From positions 56,007-76,006 of the IMG/VR virus record IMGVR_UViG_2721755344_000012: 20,000 nucleotides of DNA. One strand, 5' to 3'. Positions 1 through 7,008 of this stretch are shown one piece after another (within the stretch, counting starts at the first letter, position 1; each line of letters begins with the position of its first letter). Both the position numbers and the translations under genes were made by a program. The notes beneath the pieces were generated by a model that had not been told where the DNA came from, did no database searches, and was given only the letters and a program-made list of their open reading frames with translations. The DNA comes from an uncultured virus (IMG/VR IMGVR_UViG_2721755344_000012) (taxonomy: Duplodnaviria; Heunggongvirae; Uroviricota; Caudoviricetes).

Positions 1-192
1 GCTTCCGCAAAACGGACAACCCATTAAATCTTTGCTTTCTCCAAGTTTTGGGTTTTTATCCATAAGGCTCCCTAATTCATTAGTAGTCCTCATTTTGCTT
101 GTAAATAGGAGAATCCTAGTTAAATAATAGCACACCCAAAATATCATTAGTAGTACTATTACACCACCTATAATGTATCCCTCTATTGTCAT
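1..192 (-). CDS. Partial hypothetical protein (runs off the window edge); N-terminal TM segment, then a CPFCG zinc-ribbon start
   Basis: Read manually: AAGGA RBS and ATG at 192, open to base 1 (MTIEGYIIGGVIVLLMIFWVCYYL...DLMGCPFCGS). Possible internal start at 63 after GGGAG. Confidence 0.6.
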   Translation of the reverse strand, partial: MTIEGYIIGGVIVLLMIFWVCYYLTRILLFTSKMRTTNELGSLMDKNPKLGESKDLMGCPFCGS

Positions 193-200
193 TTTGTCCT

Positions 201-635
201 TTACCTCCAAGTTCTGTGTTTTTCAGCTATCCACTCCCTCCCATCATACTCCTCGATCTCCCAATCAACATCATCCGGGATTTCTACTACGGTAAGTTCT
301 GCATGGGCACCATTTGCTTTCTTCTTTAAAGTCTCAACAGCTTGAATTAAATATGGATCGTCTCTTTTATAACCGTCACCTTCTCCCGCATAGCCATATC
401 CATGAAATGTGGGATCATCTTTATACTTTACATCAATCTCTAACCATTTTCTATATTCCTCTGGACAGTCATCAGGCCATTCCCCATTCTTCTTATAATA
501 ATTAAACCATCTTTTTTTCATCTTCCATTCTTGGACTTCATCCTTAGCCTGTTTACTTCCTAAATCAGCCATCAATTCTGCGCACTTCCTACTAATTGAG
601 AATCCACCATAACAACTATTAATAACAATATTCAT
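201..635 (-). CDS. Conserved phage hypothetical protein
   Basis: IVINxCYGGF...RDDPxLIQAVE...VEIPDDVDWEIEEYDGxEWIAEKHRTW is a pattern I recall from many phage hypotheticals; TAATG coupling to the upstream gene. Confidence 0.85.
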   Translation of the reverse strand: MNIVINSCYGGFSISRKCAELMADLGSKQAKDEVQEWKMKKRWFNYYKKNGEWPDDCPEEYRKWLEIDVKYKDDPTFHGYGYAGEGDGYKRDDPYLIQAVETLKKKANGAHAELTVVEIPDDVDWEIEEYDGREWIAEKHRTWR

Positions 636-928
636 TATACCCTCCGTTTTTTTTCAGTAGAAAAATTACATTCAGAGTTTGAACATTTAAAGGTGCTCCA
701 GCACTTAATATGCGACTTCTCTGTTATTGAGTCTCCGCATTGCATCGCATTAATTGCTTGCTCTCTTGTTTTGAAACCATTAATCGCATTACGTTCTACC
801 AATAGTAAATCATCTCCGCATTGAGGGCACACTCGATTTTCTAAACACCTTTGATAATCTCTTCGGAAAACATCTTTCTTGTGACACCTATCGAGTGCTT
901 TATCGCAAATCTTAAATTCTTCGGACAT
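635..928 (-). CDS. Hypothetical zinc-ribbon protein
   Basis: CPQCG and CSNSEC pairs; GAGGGAG RBS. Confidence 0.75.
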   Translation of the reverse strand: MSEEFKICDKALDRCHKKDVFRRDYQRCLENRVCPQCGDDLLLVERNAINGFKTREQAINAMQCGDSITEKSHIKCWSTFKCSNSECNFSTEKKRRV

Positions 929-947
929 TTTATCTCCCTCTAAAATT

Positions 948-1044
948 TGGTGGGGAATTACTGGCTCGCCCAGTAGAGTAGCACCACATGTGCCGTCAGT
1001 CCAGACCTTCCATTACGAACACGGTAGACGCTTGCTCCATCCCC
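948..1044 (-). ncRNA. Candidate tRNA-like structured RNA with an acceptor-like stem and 3' ACCA
   Basis: GC-rich intergenic island. Minus strand starts GGGGAT and ends TACTG-GGCGAGC-CAGTA-ATTCCCC-ACCA; internal AGCA/TGCT and CCGT/ACGG pairings. Confidence 0.45.
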
Positions 1045-1049
1045 ATTCT

Positions 1050-1238
1050 TTAAACATCCCCATAAGCACCTGATTTTGGATTAATTACTGGGTCAACTTC
1101 CAATATTAAAGTTCCAACATTTCCGCAATGCAAACAATATTGTTTTCGCAAGCCAGCAACGTTCCCAATCAGCAATTCGTATTCTTTTTTACAATTCTTG
1201 CACTTTACTTTCCACAAGTTTTTTATATTTGCATCCAT
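1050..1238 (-). CDS. Small zinc-ribbon protein
   Basis: CKNC...CLHCG; AGGAG RBS, TAATG coupling. Confidence 0.75.
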   Translation of the reverse strand: MDANIKNLWKVKCKNCKKEYELLIGNVAGLRKQYCLHCGNVGTLILEVDPVINPKSGAYGDV

Positions 1239-1357
1239 TATCCGTCTCCTGTTGAATCCTGGAATCTTGGAATGAAAACCTTATACTTCTTAATAACTCT
1301 CTCGGCTTTCTTAGGTTGTTTCTTTTTACCAGCTTTATTCCGTTTATCTTTTTTCAT
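1238..1357 (-). CDS. Small basic hypothetical protein (39 aa)
   Basis: Read manually: MKKDKRNKAGKKKQPKKAERVIKKYKVFIPRFQDSTGDG; ATGA and TAATG overlaps with both neighbours. Confidence 0.65.
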   Translation of the reverse strand: MKKDKRNKAGKKKQPKKAERVIKKYKVFIPRFQDSTGDG

Positions 1358-1656
1358 TTTCCTTCTTCCGCTTTGCGCTTTGCTATCTTCTCACGCCATT
1401 CAATTTCAAGTACTTCACTATCCAACTCATATTTAGTTTGCAAAAGACTTAGTTGTCTTAAATAAGGTTCTCCAATCCTTAAACAATCTTTGCAATAGAT
1501 AACAGCATGGTCCCCTTCCCAGCGATGAAGAATTTGACAGCCCCCGCATAAGTCTTTATGGCACATACAGCACTTTCTCAAACTTGATATCTGTTTTCCA
1601 CAATCATCGCAAATATATCTATTCACCATACTTGTTACTTCTTCTTGTTTTATCAT
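1354..1656 (-). CDS. Cys-rich zinc-finger protein with C-terminal helix
   Basis: CDDC, CCMC, CGGC, CKDC; true start may be the second Met (MVNRY). Confidence 0.75.
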   Translation of the reverse strand: MIKQEEVTSMVNRYICDDCGKQISSLRKCCMCHKDLCGGCQILHRWEGDHAVIYCKDCLRIGEPYLRQLSLLQTKYELDSEVLEIEWREKIAKRKAEEGK

Positions 1657-1657
1657 C

Positions 1658-1840
1658 TTAACTCTTCTTTCCGTACAAAGCTTTTCTGACCCAAGCGTCT
1701 GTCATCTTTATACCAAACTGAGAACGCCACATAAAAGATATGTCGCTTACTGTCACATTATTAAACTTAGCTTTTGTTAATTGACAAGTAGAAGTCATCC
1801 AATCTCTTAAATTTGATTTTATTTCATCCCTACTTTTCAT
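1658..1840 (-). CDS. Hypothetical protein
   Basis: Fits dense gene packing; TAATG coupling. Confidence 0.65.
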   Translation of the reverse strand: MKSRDEIKSNLRDWMTSTCQLTKAKFNNVTVSDISFMWRSQFGIKMTDAWVRKALYGKKS

Positions 1841-2244
1841 TAGTTCTTCTTTCTCTCTTCATAAATTCTTTTCTTGCTCTCCAACCCCTGTAAGATATCT
1901 ATGATGTCTTTCTTAATCTCGTCCTTTAAGTCTCGTCCCGTTACCACAGCTTTCTTAATGTTGTTCTCTGTTATGTTTTGAACAACTATCATACCAATAA
2001 GGGTATTCTTACTTGGAGTAATAATAGATAGAACAAGAAATATTACAAACAACCATTTGATATACCTAAATCTCCGGTGAACGTTCATTAAATCTTTGTC
2101 ATTATCTTTGGCACCGAAAAGACCAACTAAGAAAACTATACCAGCGCCAGCACCAAATATAAAAGCCAAAAGACTAACTATAATACCCAAGTTCTCAGAA
2201 AACCCCAATAGATAAATTAACCAAGGACTAATTATCGGTTCCAT
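1840..2244 (-). CDS. Phage membrane protein
   Basis: MEPIISPWLIYL start, 2-3 hydrophobic segments, PSKNT motif; AGGAGG RBS. Confidence 0.8.
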   Translation of the reverse strand: MEPIISPWLIYLLGFSENLGIIVSLLAFIFGAGAGIVFLVGLFGAKDNDKDLMNVHRRFRYIKWLFVIFLVLSIITPSKNTLIGMIVVQNITENNIKKAVVTGRDLKDEIKKDIIDILQGLESKKRIYEERKKN

Positions 2245-2253
2245 ATATTCCTC

Positions 2254-2361
2254 CTATATTCTTTCTTTCCAATCATACACCTTCGCCCAACGACGAATAA
2301 CATCTTTACTGGCTCCCGCCTCCTTGGGCAACAAAGAAACTGGGACCCCTTCTAACTTCAC
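2254..2361 (-). CDS. Possible HTH-like ORF in the +1 frame of 2306..2542 (own GTG start or frameshift extension)
   Basis: Reads VKLEGVPVSLLPKEAGASKDVIRRWAKVYDWKERI*; its TAG abuts the RBS of the next gene and fills an otherwise empty gap. Confidence 0.45.
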   Translation of the reverse strand: MKLEGVPVSLLPKEAGASKDVIRRWAKVYDWKERI

Positions 2362-2542
2362 ACAAATGAACTACTTGTTGAGCAATCTCATCAATCTCAA
2401 GAACAAAAAATTTCCTCCAGCAGCAGCCACATCCATCAGTCTCGTTTTTTGGAACAGCCGGAAAAGTTTTATTAATTGAGATTACATCAGTATCTTGATG
2501 CCCCTGTAAACTATAATGCTTCATCAGTAAATAAACTTTCAC
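2306..2542 (-). CDS. Hypothetical protein
   Basis: GTG start after GGAGGAG; MKVYLL N-terminus typical of small phage proteins; C-terminus uncertain (see findings). Confidence 0.65.
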   Translation of the reverse strand: MKVYLLMKHYSLQGHQDTDVISINKTFPAVPKNETDGCGCCWRKFFVLEIDEIAQQVVHLCEVRRGPSFFVAQGGGSQ

Positions 2543-2819
2543 CTGCTAACTCCTCCCAAAAAAAATCGACTATCTCTCCTATCCTACTATGACAATGACA
2601 ACCACATCCTTCTGATTCATCTGCAGTTAAACAACAAGCACAATCAAAACTTAGACTGTCTTCTCCCATTTGTCCATCGTAGCAAAATATCCATCTATGA
2701 GTAGATCGTGGAGAAGACTTATTCTTCTTATCAAACTCATCCCCTAGCCACTCATTAAACTTCTTCCTTAACTCCACTTTCCTATTATAAACAGACTTCG
2801 GAATAATAACTTTATCCAT
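2511..2819 (-). CDS. Cys-rich hypothetical protein
   Basis: Start moved from 2864 to MDKVII (GAGGAG RBS); CACC and CGCHCH clusters. Confidence 0.7.
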   Translation of the reverse strand: MDKVIIPKSVYNRKVELRKKFNEWLGDEFDKKNKSSPRSTHRWIFCYDGQMGEDSLSFDCACCLTADESEGCGCHCHSRIGEIVDFFWEELAGESLFTDEAL

Positions 2820-3018
2820 ATACTCCTCGCTTCTTAAACAGCTTAAAACATTTAAAATCTTCACACCAGTTGCCCGGATCTTTTTTTACTTTAAACAACT
2901 TACAAAATCCGTTATCAAGATATTCTCCATCAAAACCCGGATTAAAATTATAATGTCCACAAAAATCGCAGCAAGCATTACAAAACTCGCTACACTTTTC
3001 CACTTTAGTTCTCCTCAT
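2812..3018 (-). CDS. Small Cys-rich metal-binding protein
   Basis: CSEFCNACCDFC...GFC...WCEDFKC. Confidence 0.7.
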   Translation of the reverse strand: MRRTKVEKCSEFCNACCDFCGHYNFNPGFDGEYLDNGFCKLFKVKKDPGNWCEDFKCFKLFKKRGVYG

Positions 3019-3030
3019 GTTTTGTTACAA

Positions 3031-3246
3031 CTACTTTTTCCATTCAATTATTCCATAAATAGCCAAGCAGAAATAGATAGTAAACAGTACCCCCTGCCAG
3101 AACGCTCCTATCCAATAATCGTATACCGCCCAGCTGCCGTTTGTAAAAAACCAAACAAAGAAACAACTTCTCTTCTTCTTAATATTCAACACCACACCAA
3201 CCAAACTAAAAATCGTAAGTATGAAGGTAAAGGTACTTAATCCCAA
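3031..3246 (-). CDS. Half-size PnuC-like (nicotinamide riboside transporter family) membrane protein
   Basis: Three short TM helices, WxxxN (WFFTN) motif and C-terminal YGIIEWKK resembling PnuC; TTG start after GGAGGTG. Confidence 0.7.
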   Translation of the reverse strand: MGLSTFTFILTIFSLVGVVLNIKKKRSCFFVWFFTNGSWAVYDYWIGAFWQGVLFTIYFCLAIYGIIEWKK

Positions 3247-3304
3247 TTATTTCACCTCCGATTTAACGTAACTGCTCAAGACACTTGGCGACCATTTTCG
3301 CTTA

Positions 3305-3523
3305 TTACAGTAAGGACATTTCATAAAGTTTCCTCAGTAAGAACATTTCATAAAGTTTCCTCTCTAAAGCCTGAATATTATCTTTGAGTAAAATATTCTC
3401 CCTAACCAAACTAGCAGGATCACTATTGGTTTCAAGCTCATAAATGTAATTTCGGACTGGCTTCGGTAAGGCATTTATATTTTTAGATGTTGGCTTCCAT
3501 CTTCTTCCAGGATTCTGTTTCAT
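3305..3523 (-). CDS. Hypothetical coiled-coil protein
   Basis: INALPxPVRxYIxELET...DPA followed by a helix; C-terminus duplicated. Confidence 0.75.
   Translation of the reverse strand: MKQNPGRRWKPTSKNINALPKPVRNYIYELETNSDPASLVRENILLKDNIQALERKLYEMFLLRKLYEMSLL
3308..3361. repeat. 27-bp tandem duplication (2 copies, 1 mismatch)
   Basis: cagtaaggacatttcataaagtttcct / cagtaagaacatttcataaagtttcct; encodes RKLYEMFLL-RKLYEMSLL. Confidence 0.9.
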
Positions 3524-3561
3524 ATATATTAAATAACACTATTATTTAGAATTTTCGCATT

Positions 3562-6132
3562 TTAAACGAACTCGAAAGTGAACTCTCCGCCTGTACTGGC
3601 TATAAGAGCTATTGCATTTGCTAAAACTATATCGTCAGGTGATTTAGAACCGCCTGTTTTCATCTTAGCTAAATAGGAAAATCTTTTGGCCTGTTCAATA
3701 AATCTCTTACTTTGAATTACCATCTCATCCATTCTAATAGCTTTGTCAAGCAAGTCGATCATTTGGGGTCTTGATAAATTCGATGTCAACCAACCCATCT
3801 TTCTATCAGGTCCCACATAAATATTAGGATAAGCTGGATAGGCTACCGCTCCCCTTCTTACTATTCCATTTGCCAAATTCAGAATTACAGCGTGACCGTG
3901 ATTGTTTCTTTCCACAGCAAGTACCGCATTATTATATGCCTTACCAAGCCTCCATAATTTCTCACTAAATATATCAGGGGTCCACCTTCCCACCAATAAA
4001 CCTACCTGTTCTATAGGAAGAGGAAAAGTCCTTAATACCATAGCTGCTGAATAATCTGAGTGCGGATCTCCTTCTGCAACATCTGCTCCCACCACATATT
4101 TAGCCCCAGGTTGAGCCATTCTGTAAACATACATATCTCCGCCTAGCCATATCTCTGCTGGAAACTGCTCTACTAAATTCTTATCTATTTGATTTAACTT
4201 AATATTATCAAATACTGGAGTTCCTGACTTTAGAAAGACTTCTTCATCGTCGTCCTCGGGGTATTCCTGAACAAACTTAGCCCCCATCCTGAACTTCTTT
4301 TCCCTCCGCCAAGCTAACTGTTCAACAGTTAATCCAAACCTTTCTATTAATGCGACCTCTTCTTCATCCAAACTCGTAAGTATCTCTGACTTTTGCTCTT
4401 CTGTCAAATCGGTAATTTTATATTCTGAGTGCTTGTGCCACACAAAGTAGTGCCCAAAATACTCGTTTTTAACCCTTCGTTTGGGCCTGAATGGGTTTTT
4501 AGCTCCCATGTAATAGTCATAGAAGGGTCCGCCCTCCCCTCGTGCCGTAGACTCTAAAACCACGTGCCCAGTCCGAGGAACCGATTCCAATAAACCTATC
4601 AAAAAATCCTCCGTAAAGCTGGGAGAGCTCACTTCTGATAAATGAAGGTTATTAATAGTCCTGCCACGCCCAAAGTCCCTAGTTTCTGCCGAGCCAATAG
4701 TTAGAGTTGAATTTATCTTATCAAAATAAAGCTCTAATCTATTCGAGTACTTAACATGAGGCTGAAACACAGGAGCTGGTAATGGTTGACCCGCTATTGA
4801 ATCAAACATAAACTTTGAATTATGAATAATCCCGGAAACAGTTCTGTATTGATTATTAGGCTGATTCAATTTATCGTATAATTGCCCTTTATAGTAAATG
4901 CTTTCTATTTTTTTAATCTTTTGATAAATATAATCGTTGGTTTCAATAAAAGAAACCTTCCTACATTTTCTATCTAATTTTGAGTATTTTGCAAAAGTAG
5001 AACCAAACATAGTAAGACTATATAGAGGCTTTTTCCTATTATCTTTACTTTTACGAATACTTGACCAACCATAGCCAAGAGCACATATTATATCACGTAA
5101 TTGATACGCTAACTGCGGTCTGCTACTTCCATAACTATTAGCTTTTCTATTTTTTAGGTTATGCCCATCACCGTCTATTAGCCCTCTCACAAGCCCTGTA
5201 CAAAAATCTTTATTTGCATCAAAAATCCAATCTGGAATATACTTCTCATTACCATCAGAGTCTACATAAAAAGTTTCTCGAAAAAATCTACGCCAAACTT
5301 CGCTAAGAAGTTCTACTCTTAAAACATTATTTTTTACTTTTAATTTTACTTTACCTCTTATTTTTACTTCGCAAGTTTCAAAAAATCTTTTGATTCTTTC
5401 GCCGAATAGCTGCTCTTTTTTATTTAAAGTAAAAATAATATTAGAACCTCTATTCTTATCTTTTTCTACATAACCTTCCGCAAGTAATATTCCAACTACC
5501 CAACCAAACTCTTCGTTTAAATCTATTTTAGCTTCATTTACCCCGTTATAAAGAAGTTTACGACACATAAGTTCTGTATTAATGAAAATACTCTTTAATT
5601 TTCCTGTAATATTCTTCTTATCAAAAGCAATTCTATCCGATAAAGTTATGTAGCGAGCTTGCTTCCACCCCTTCTCTGTAAGAATTTTATGATCGGGGGT
5701 AACTATAATCGGATGATTTGGATTATTTCGCACCTGAATAGAAATCAAATCTCCATCCCATCGAATAGTAGAAGTACCTGATTCGCTAATTTTCTTAGGA
5801 AAACCGTTTGCTTCCAAAGTTTCAACATCTGGATGCACACAACGCTCAAATAATGCACTCGAGTCTTTCTGTGTATGGCAAACAATAATTGAAACAGTAT
5901 TTGGAACAAATAATGTATCGTGGAGGAACAAACCAAGGATCAAGGTTGAGAACCCGAGCTGCCTCGGTTTCAAGATCACGTCCCTACGTGTTCTATTATC
6001 ATAATATTGATTTTGAGCTTCGTTGAATATAAAAGGAACTACATTTCTATCTTTATCTGTAATAGAAACTAAGCTTTCGATAAAAAACTTCGGGTCTATT
6101 AAAGCACGGTCTCTAAGACTTAAATTTGTCAC
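3562..6132 (-). CDS. terL: Terminase large subunit precursor containing an intein (515 aa after splicing)
   Basis: NEAQ adenine-binding motif, Walker A-like LKPRQLGFST, Walker B LHLSE, coupling motif VLEST, nuclease motifs GADVAEG, DYSA, VERNNHG and DDIVLANAIA. Confidence 0.95.
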   Translation of the reverse strand: MTNLSLRDRALIDPKFFIESLVSITDKDRNVVPFIFNEAQNQYYDNRTRRDVILKPRQLGFSTLILGLFLHDTLFVPNTVSIIVCHTQKDSSALFERCVHPDVETLEANGFPKKISESGTSTIRWDGDLISIQVRNNPNHPIIVTPDHKILTEKGWKQARYITLSDRIAFDKKNITGKLKSIFINTELMCRKLLYNGVNEAKIDLNEEFGWVVGILLAEGYVEKDKNRGSNIIFTLNKKEQLFGERIKRFFETCEVKIRGKVKLKVKNNVLRVELLSEVWRRFFRETFYVDSDGNEKYIPDWIFDANKDFCTGLVRGLIDGDGHNLKNRKANSYGSSRPQLAYQLRDIICALGYGWSSIRKSKDNRKKPLYSLTMFGSTFAKYSKLDRKCRKVSFIETNDYIYQKIKKIESIYYKGQLYDKLNQPNNQYRTVSGIIHNSKFMFDSIAGQPLPAPVFQPHVKYSNRLELYFDKINSTLTIGSAETRDFGRGRTINNLHLSEVSSPSFTEDFLIGLLESVPRTGHVVLESTARGEGGPFYDYYMGAKNPFRPKRRVKNEYFGHYFVWHKHSEYKITDLTEEQKSEILTSLDEEEVALIERFGLTVEQLAWRREKKFRMGAKFVQEYPEDDDEEVFLKSGTPVFDNIKLNQIDKNLVEQFPAEIWLGGDMYVYRMAQPGAKYVVGADVAEGDPHSDYSAAMVLRTFPLPIEQVGLLVGRWTPDIFSEKLWRLGKAYNNAVLAVERNNHGHAVILNLANGIVRRGAVAYPAYPNIYVGPDRKMGWLTSNLSRPQMIDLLDKAIRMDEMVIQSKRFIEQAKRFSYLAKMKTGGSKSPDDIVLANAIALIASTGGEFTFEFV
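4819..5841 (-). mobile_element. Intein with LAGLIDADG homing endonuclease (residues 98-438, 341 aa)
   Basis: N-junction FER|CVHPD, block B VTPDH, LAGLIDADG motifs GILLAEG and RGLIDGDG, C-junction IIHN|SKF. Confidence 0.93.
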
Positions 6133-6180
6133 ATATGTCCTTTTTAATTTTTACATTTTTCATCTCCTTCATACAATCAT

Positions 6181-6210
6181 TTGACATTCGGTAATTGAAA
6201 AGGGCATAAT
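6181..6210 (+). promoter_or_regulatory. Possible antisense sigma70-type promoter
   Basis: TTGACA (6181-6186), 18-nt spacer, CATAAT (6205-6210) in the gap upstream of terL. Confidence 0.3.
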
Positions 6211-6217
6211 TTACCCT
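6198..6217 (-). terminator. Weak intrinsic terminator candidate
   Basis: Minus strand AGGGTA-AATTA-TGCCCT-TTT, downstream of 6240..6590. Confidence 0.3.
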
Positions 6218-6239
6218 ATTGGAATACAAAATGTAAATC

Positions 6240-6590
6240 TTATGCCTTTTCTAGATCTCGGCCCGCCTGGTCACCGAGAACAATGTTGCTTTCTTGAGCA
6301 ACCATTTCTTGAGCAGGTTCCCTTGTTTCTTTTGTTTTATATGCTGAAGTTGTCCCTGTACCAACCAAACTAAAAAACATTATAAGTGCAGGAATCAACT
6401 GAAGCAGGATTATAATAGCCCCAAGAATTAAGAATATCCAAAGAGCCGTCCCGCCTTCTGAAAGGTCCCTCATCCTTAATCCCGACTTCGCTCCTGGATA
6501 GGTAGAAAACCAGAAGAATACAAAAGTCGCCACTGTTAAGATTAAAGACCATCTCCTCATTTTCTCACACGTGCTTGTTTTTACTCTCAT
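6240..6590 (-). CDS. Two-TM membrane protein
   Basis: Hydrophobic segments SLILTVATFVFFWF and LWIFLILGAIIILLQLIPALIMFFSLV; AAGGAGGT RBS. Confidence 0.8.
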   Translation of the reverse strand: MRVKTSTCEKMRRWSLILTVATFVFFWFSTYPGAKSGLRMRDLSEGGTALWIFLILGAIIILLQLIPALIMFFSLVGTGTTSAYKTKETREPAQEMVAQESNIVLGDQAGRDLEKA

Positions 6591-6643
6591 TTTAGTTACC
6601 TCCTTATTTATTCATTTAAGTATTTTGTCCAACTTATTCAAAG

Positions 6644-6758
6644 ACCGACGGGAGGGACTCGAACCCTCACGATCCCCTGCAAATCTTGGGTGAATTTATC
6701 GGTTTTACCAGCAGTTGATCTATCCCATCATTTAGCGTCTACATTTCGCCACCGTCGG
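6644..6758 (-). ncRNA. tRNA-like RNA (tRNA-Leu-type D arm, canonical T arm, no canonical anticodon arm, no encoded CCA)
   Basis: Acceptor CCGACGG/CCGTCGG, TG at positions 8-9, D arm GCG-AAATGTAGA-CGC, T arm GAGGG-TTCGAGT-CCCTC; about 65 nt between the D and T arms. Confidence 0.75.
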
Positions 6759-7008
6759 TCTCCGATTTATTTTTTTTCTTAAGCCTCTTGTCTAATCTAT
6801 CCAAATCCACAACAGGCAAATTAAGAGCTTGCCTCATATATTCTAAATCGTTTTTCAATCCTTTCAATGTATCACCCCAAGGCCCACAAGCATCAACAGT
6901 CCACGCTGTAACTACTTTGCTGTTTTTCCCCAAATAATAACATTCATGGATTGTAAAATACGATTCACCTTCAATCAGGCGTTTGCAAACTCTATAGTTC
7001 CAACTCAT
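6739..7008 (-). CDS. Conserved phage hypothetical protein
   Basis: MSWNYRV...IHECYY...DLEYMRQALNLPV pattern; last codons overlap the tRNA-like element. Confidence 0.8.
   Translation of the reverse strand: MSWNYRVCKRLIEGESYFTIHECYYLGKNSKVVTAWTVDACGPWGDTLKGLKNDLEYMRQALNLPVVDLDRLDKRLKKKNKSETDGGEM

Noticed and set aside
1023..1032. Plus-strand GGTAGACGCT resembling a tRNA-Leu D loop
   Set aside because: There is no matching D stem, T arm or acceptor stem on the plus strand.
948..1044. Assignment as tmRNA, tRNA-Sec or SRP RNA
   Set aside because: Too short for tmRNA, no UCA anticodon arm, and no SRP domain IV motif.
3524..3561. AT-rich inverted repeat TAAATAA/TTATTTA downstream of terL
   Set aside because: The all-AT stem is weak and promoter spacing is unconvincing.
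5745..6552. Nested minus-strand ORFs 5745..5936 and 6370..6552
   Set aside because: They lie wholly inside terL and the membrane-protein gene in other frames and have no independent support.
6644..6758. Calling a normal decoding tRNA-Leu
   Set aside because: No canonical anticodon stem-loop could be built, and no obvious splice junctions restore one.
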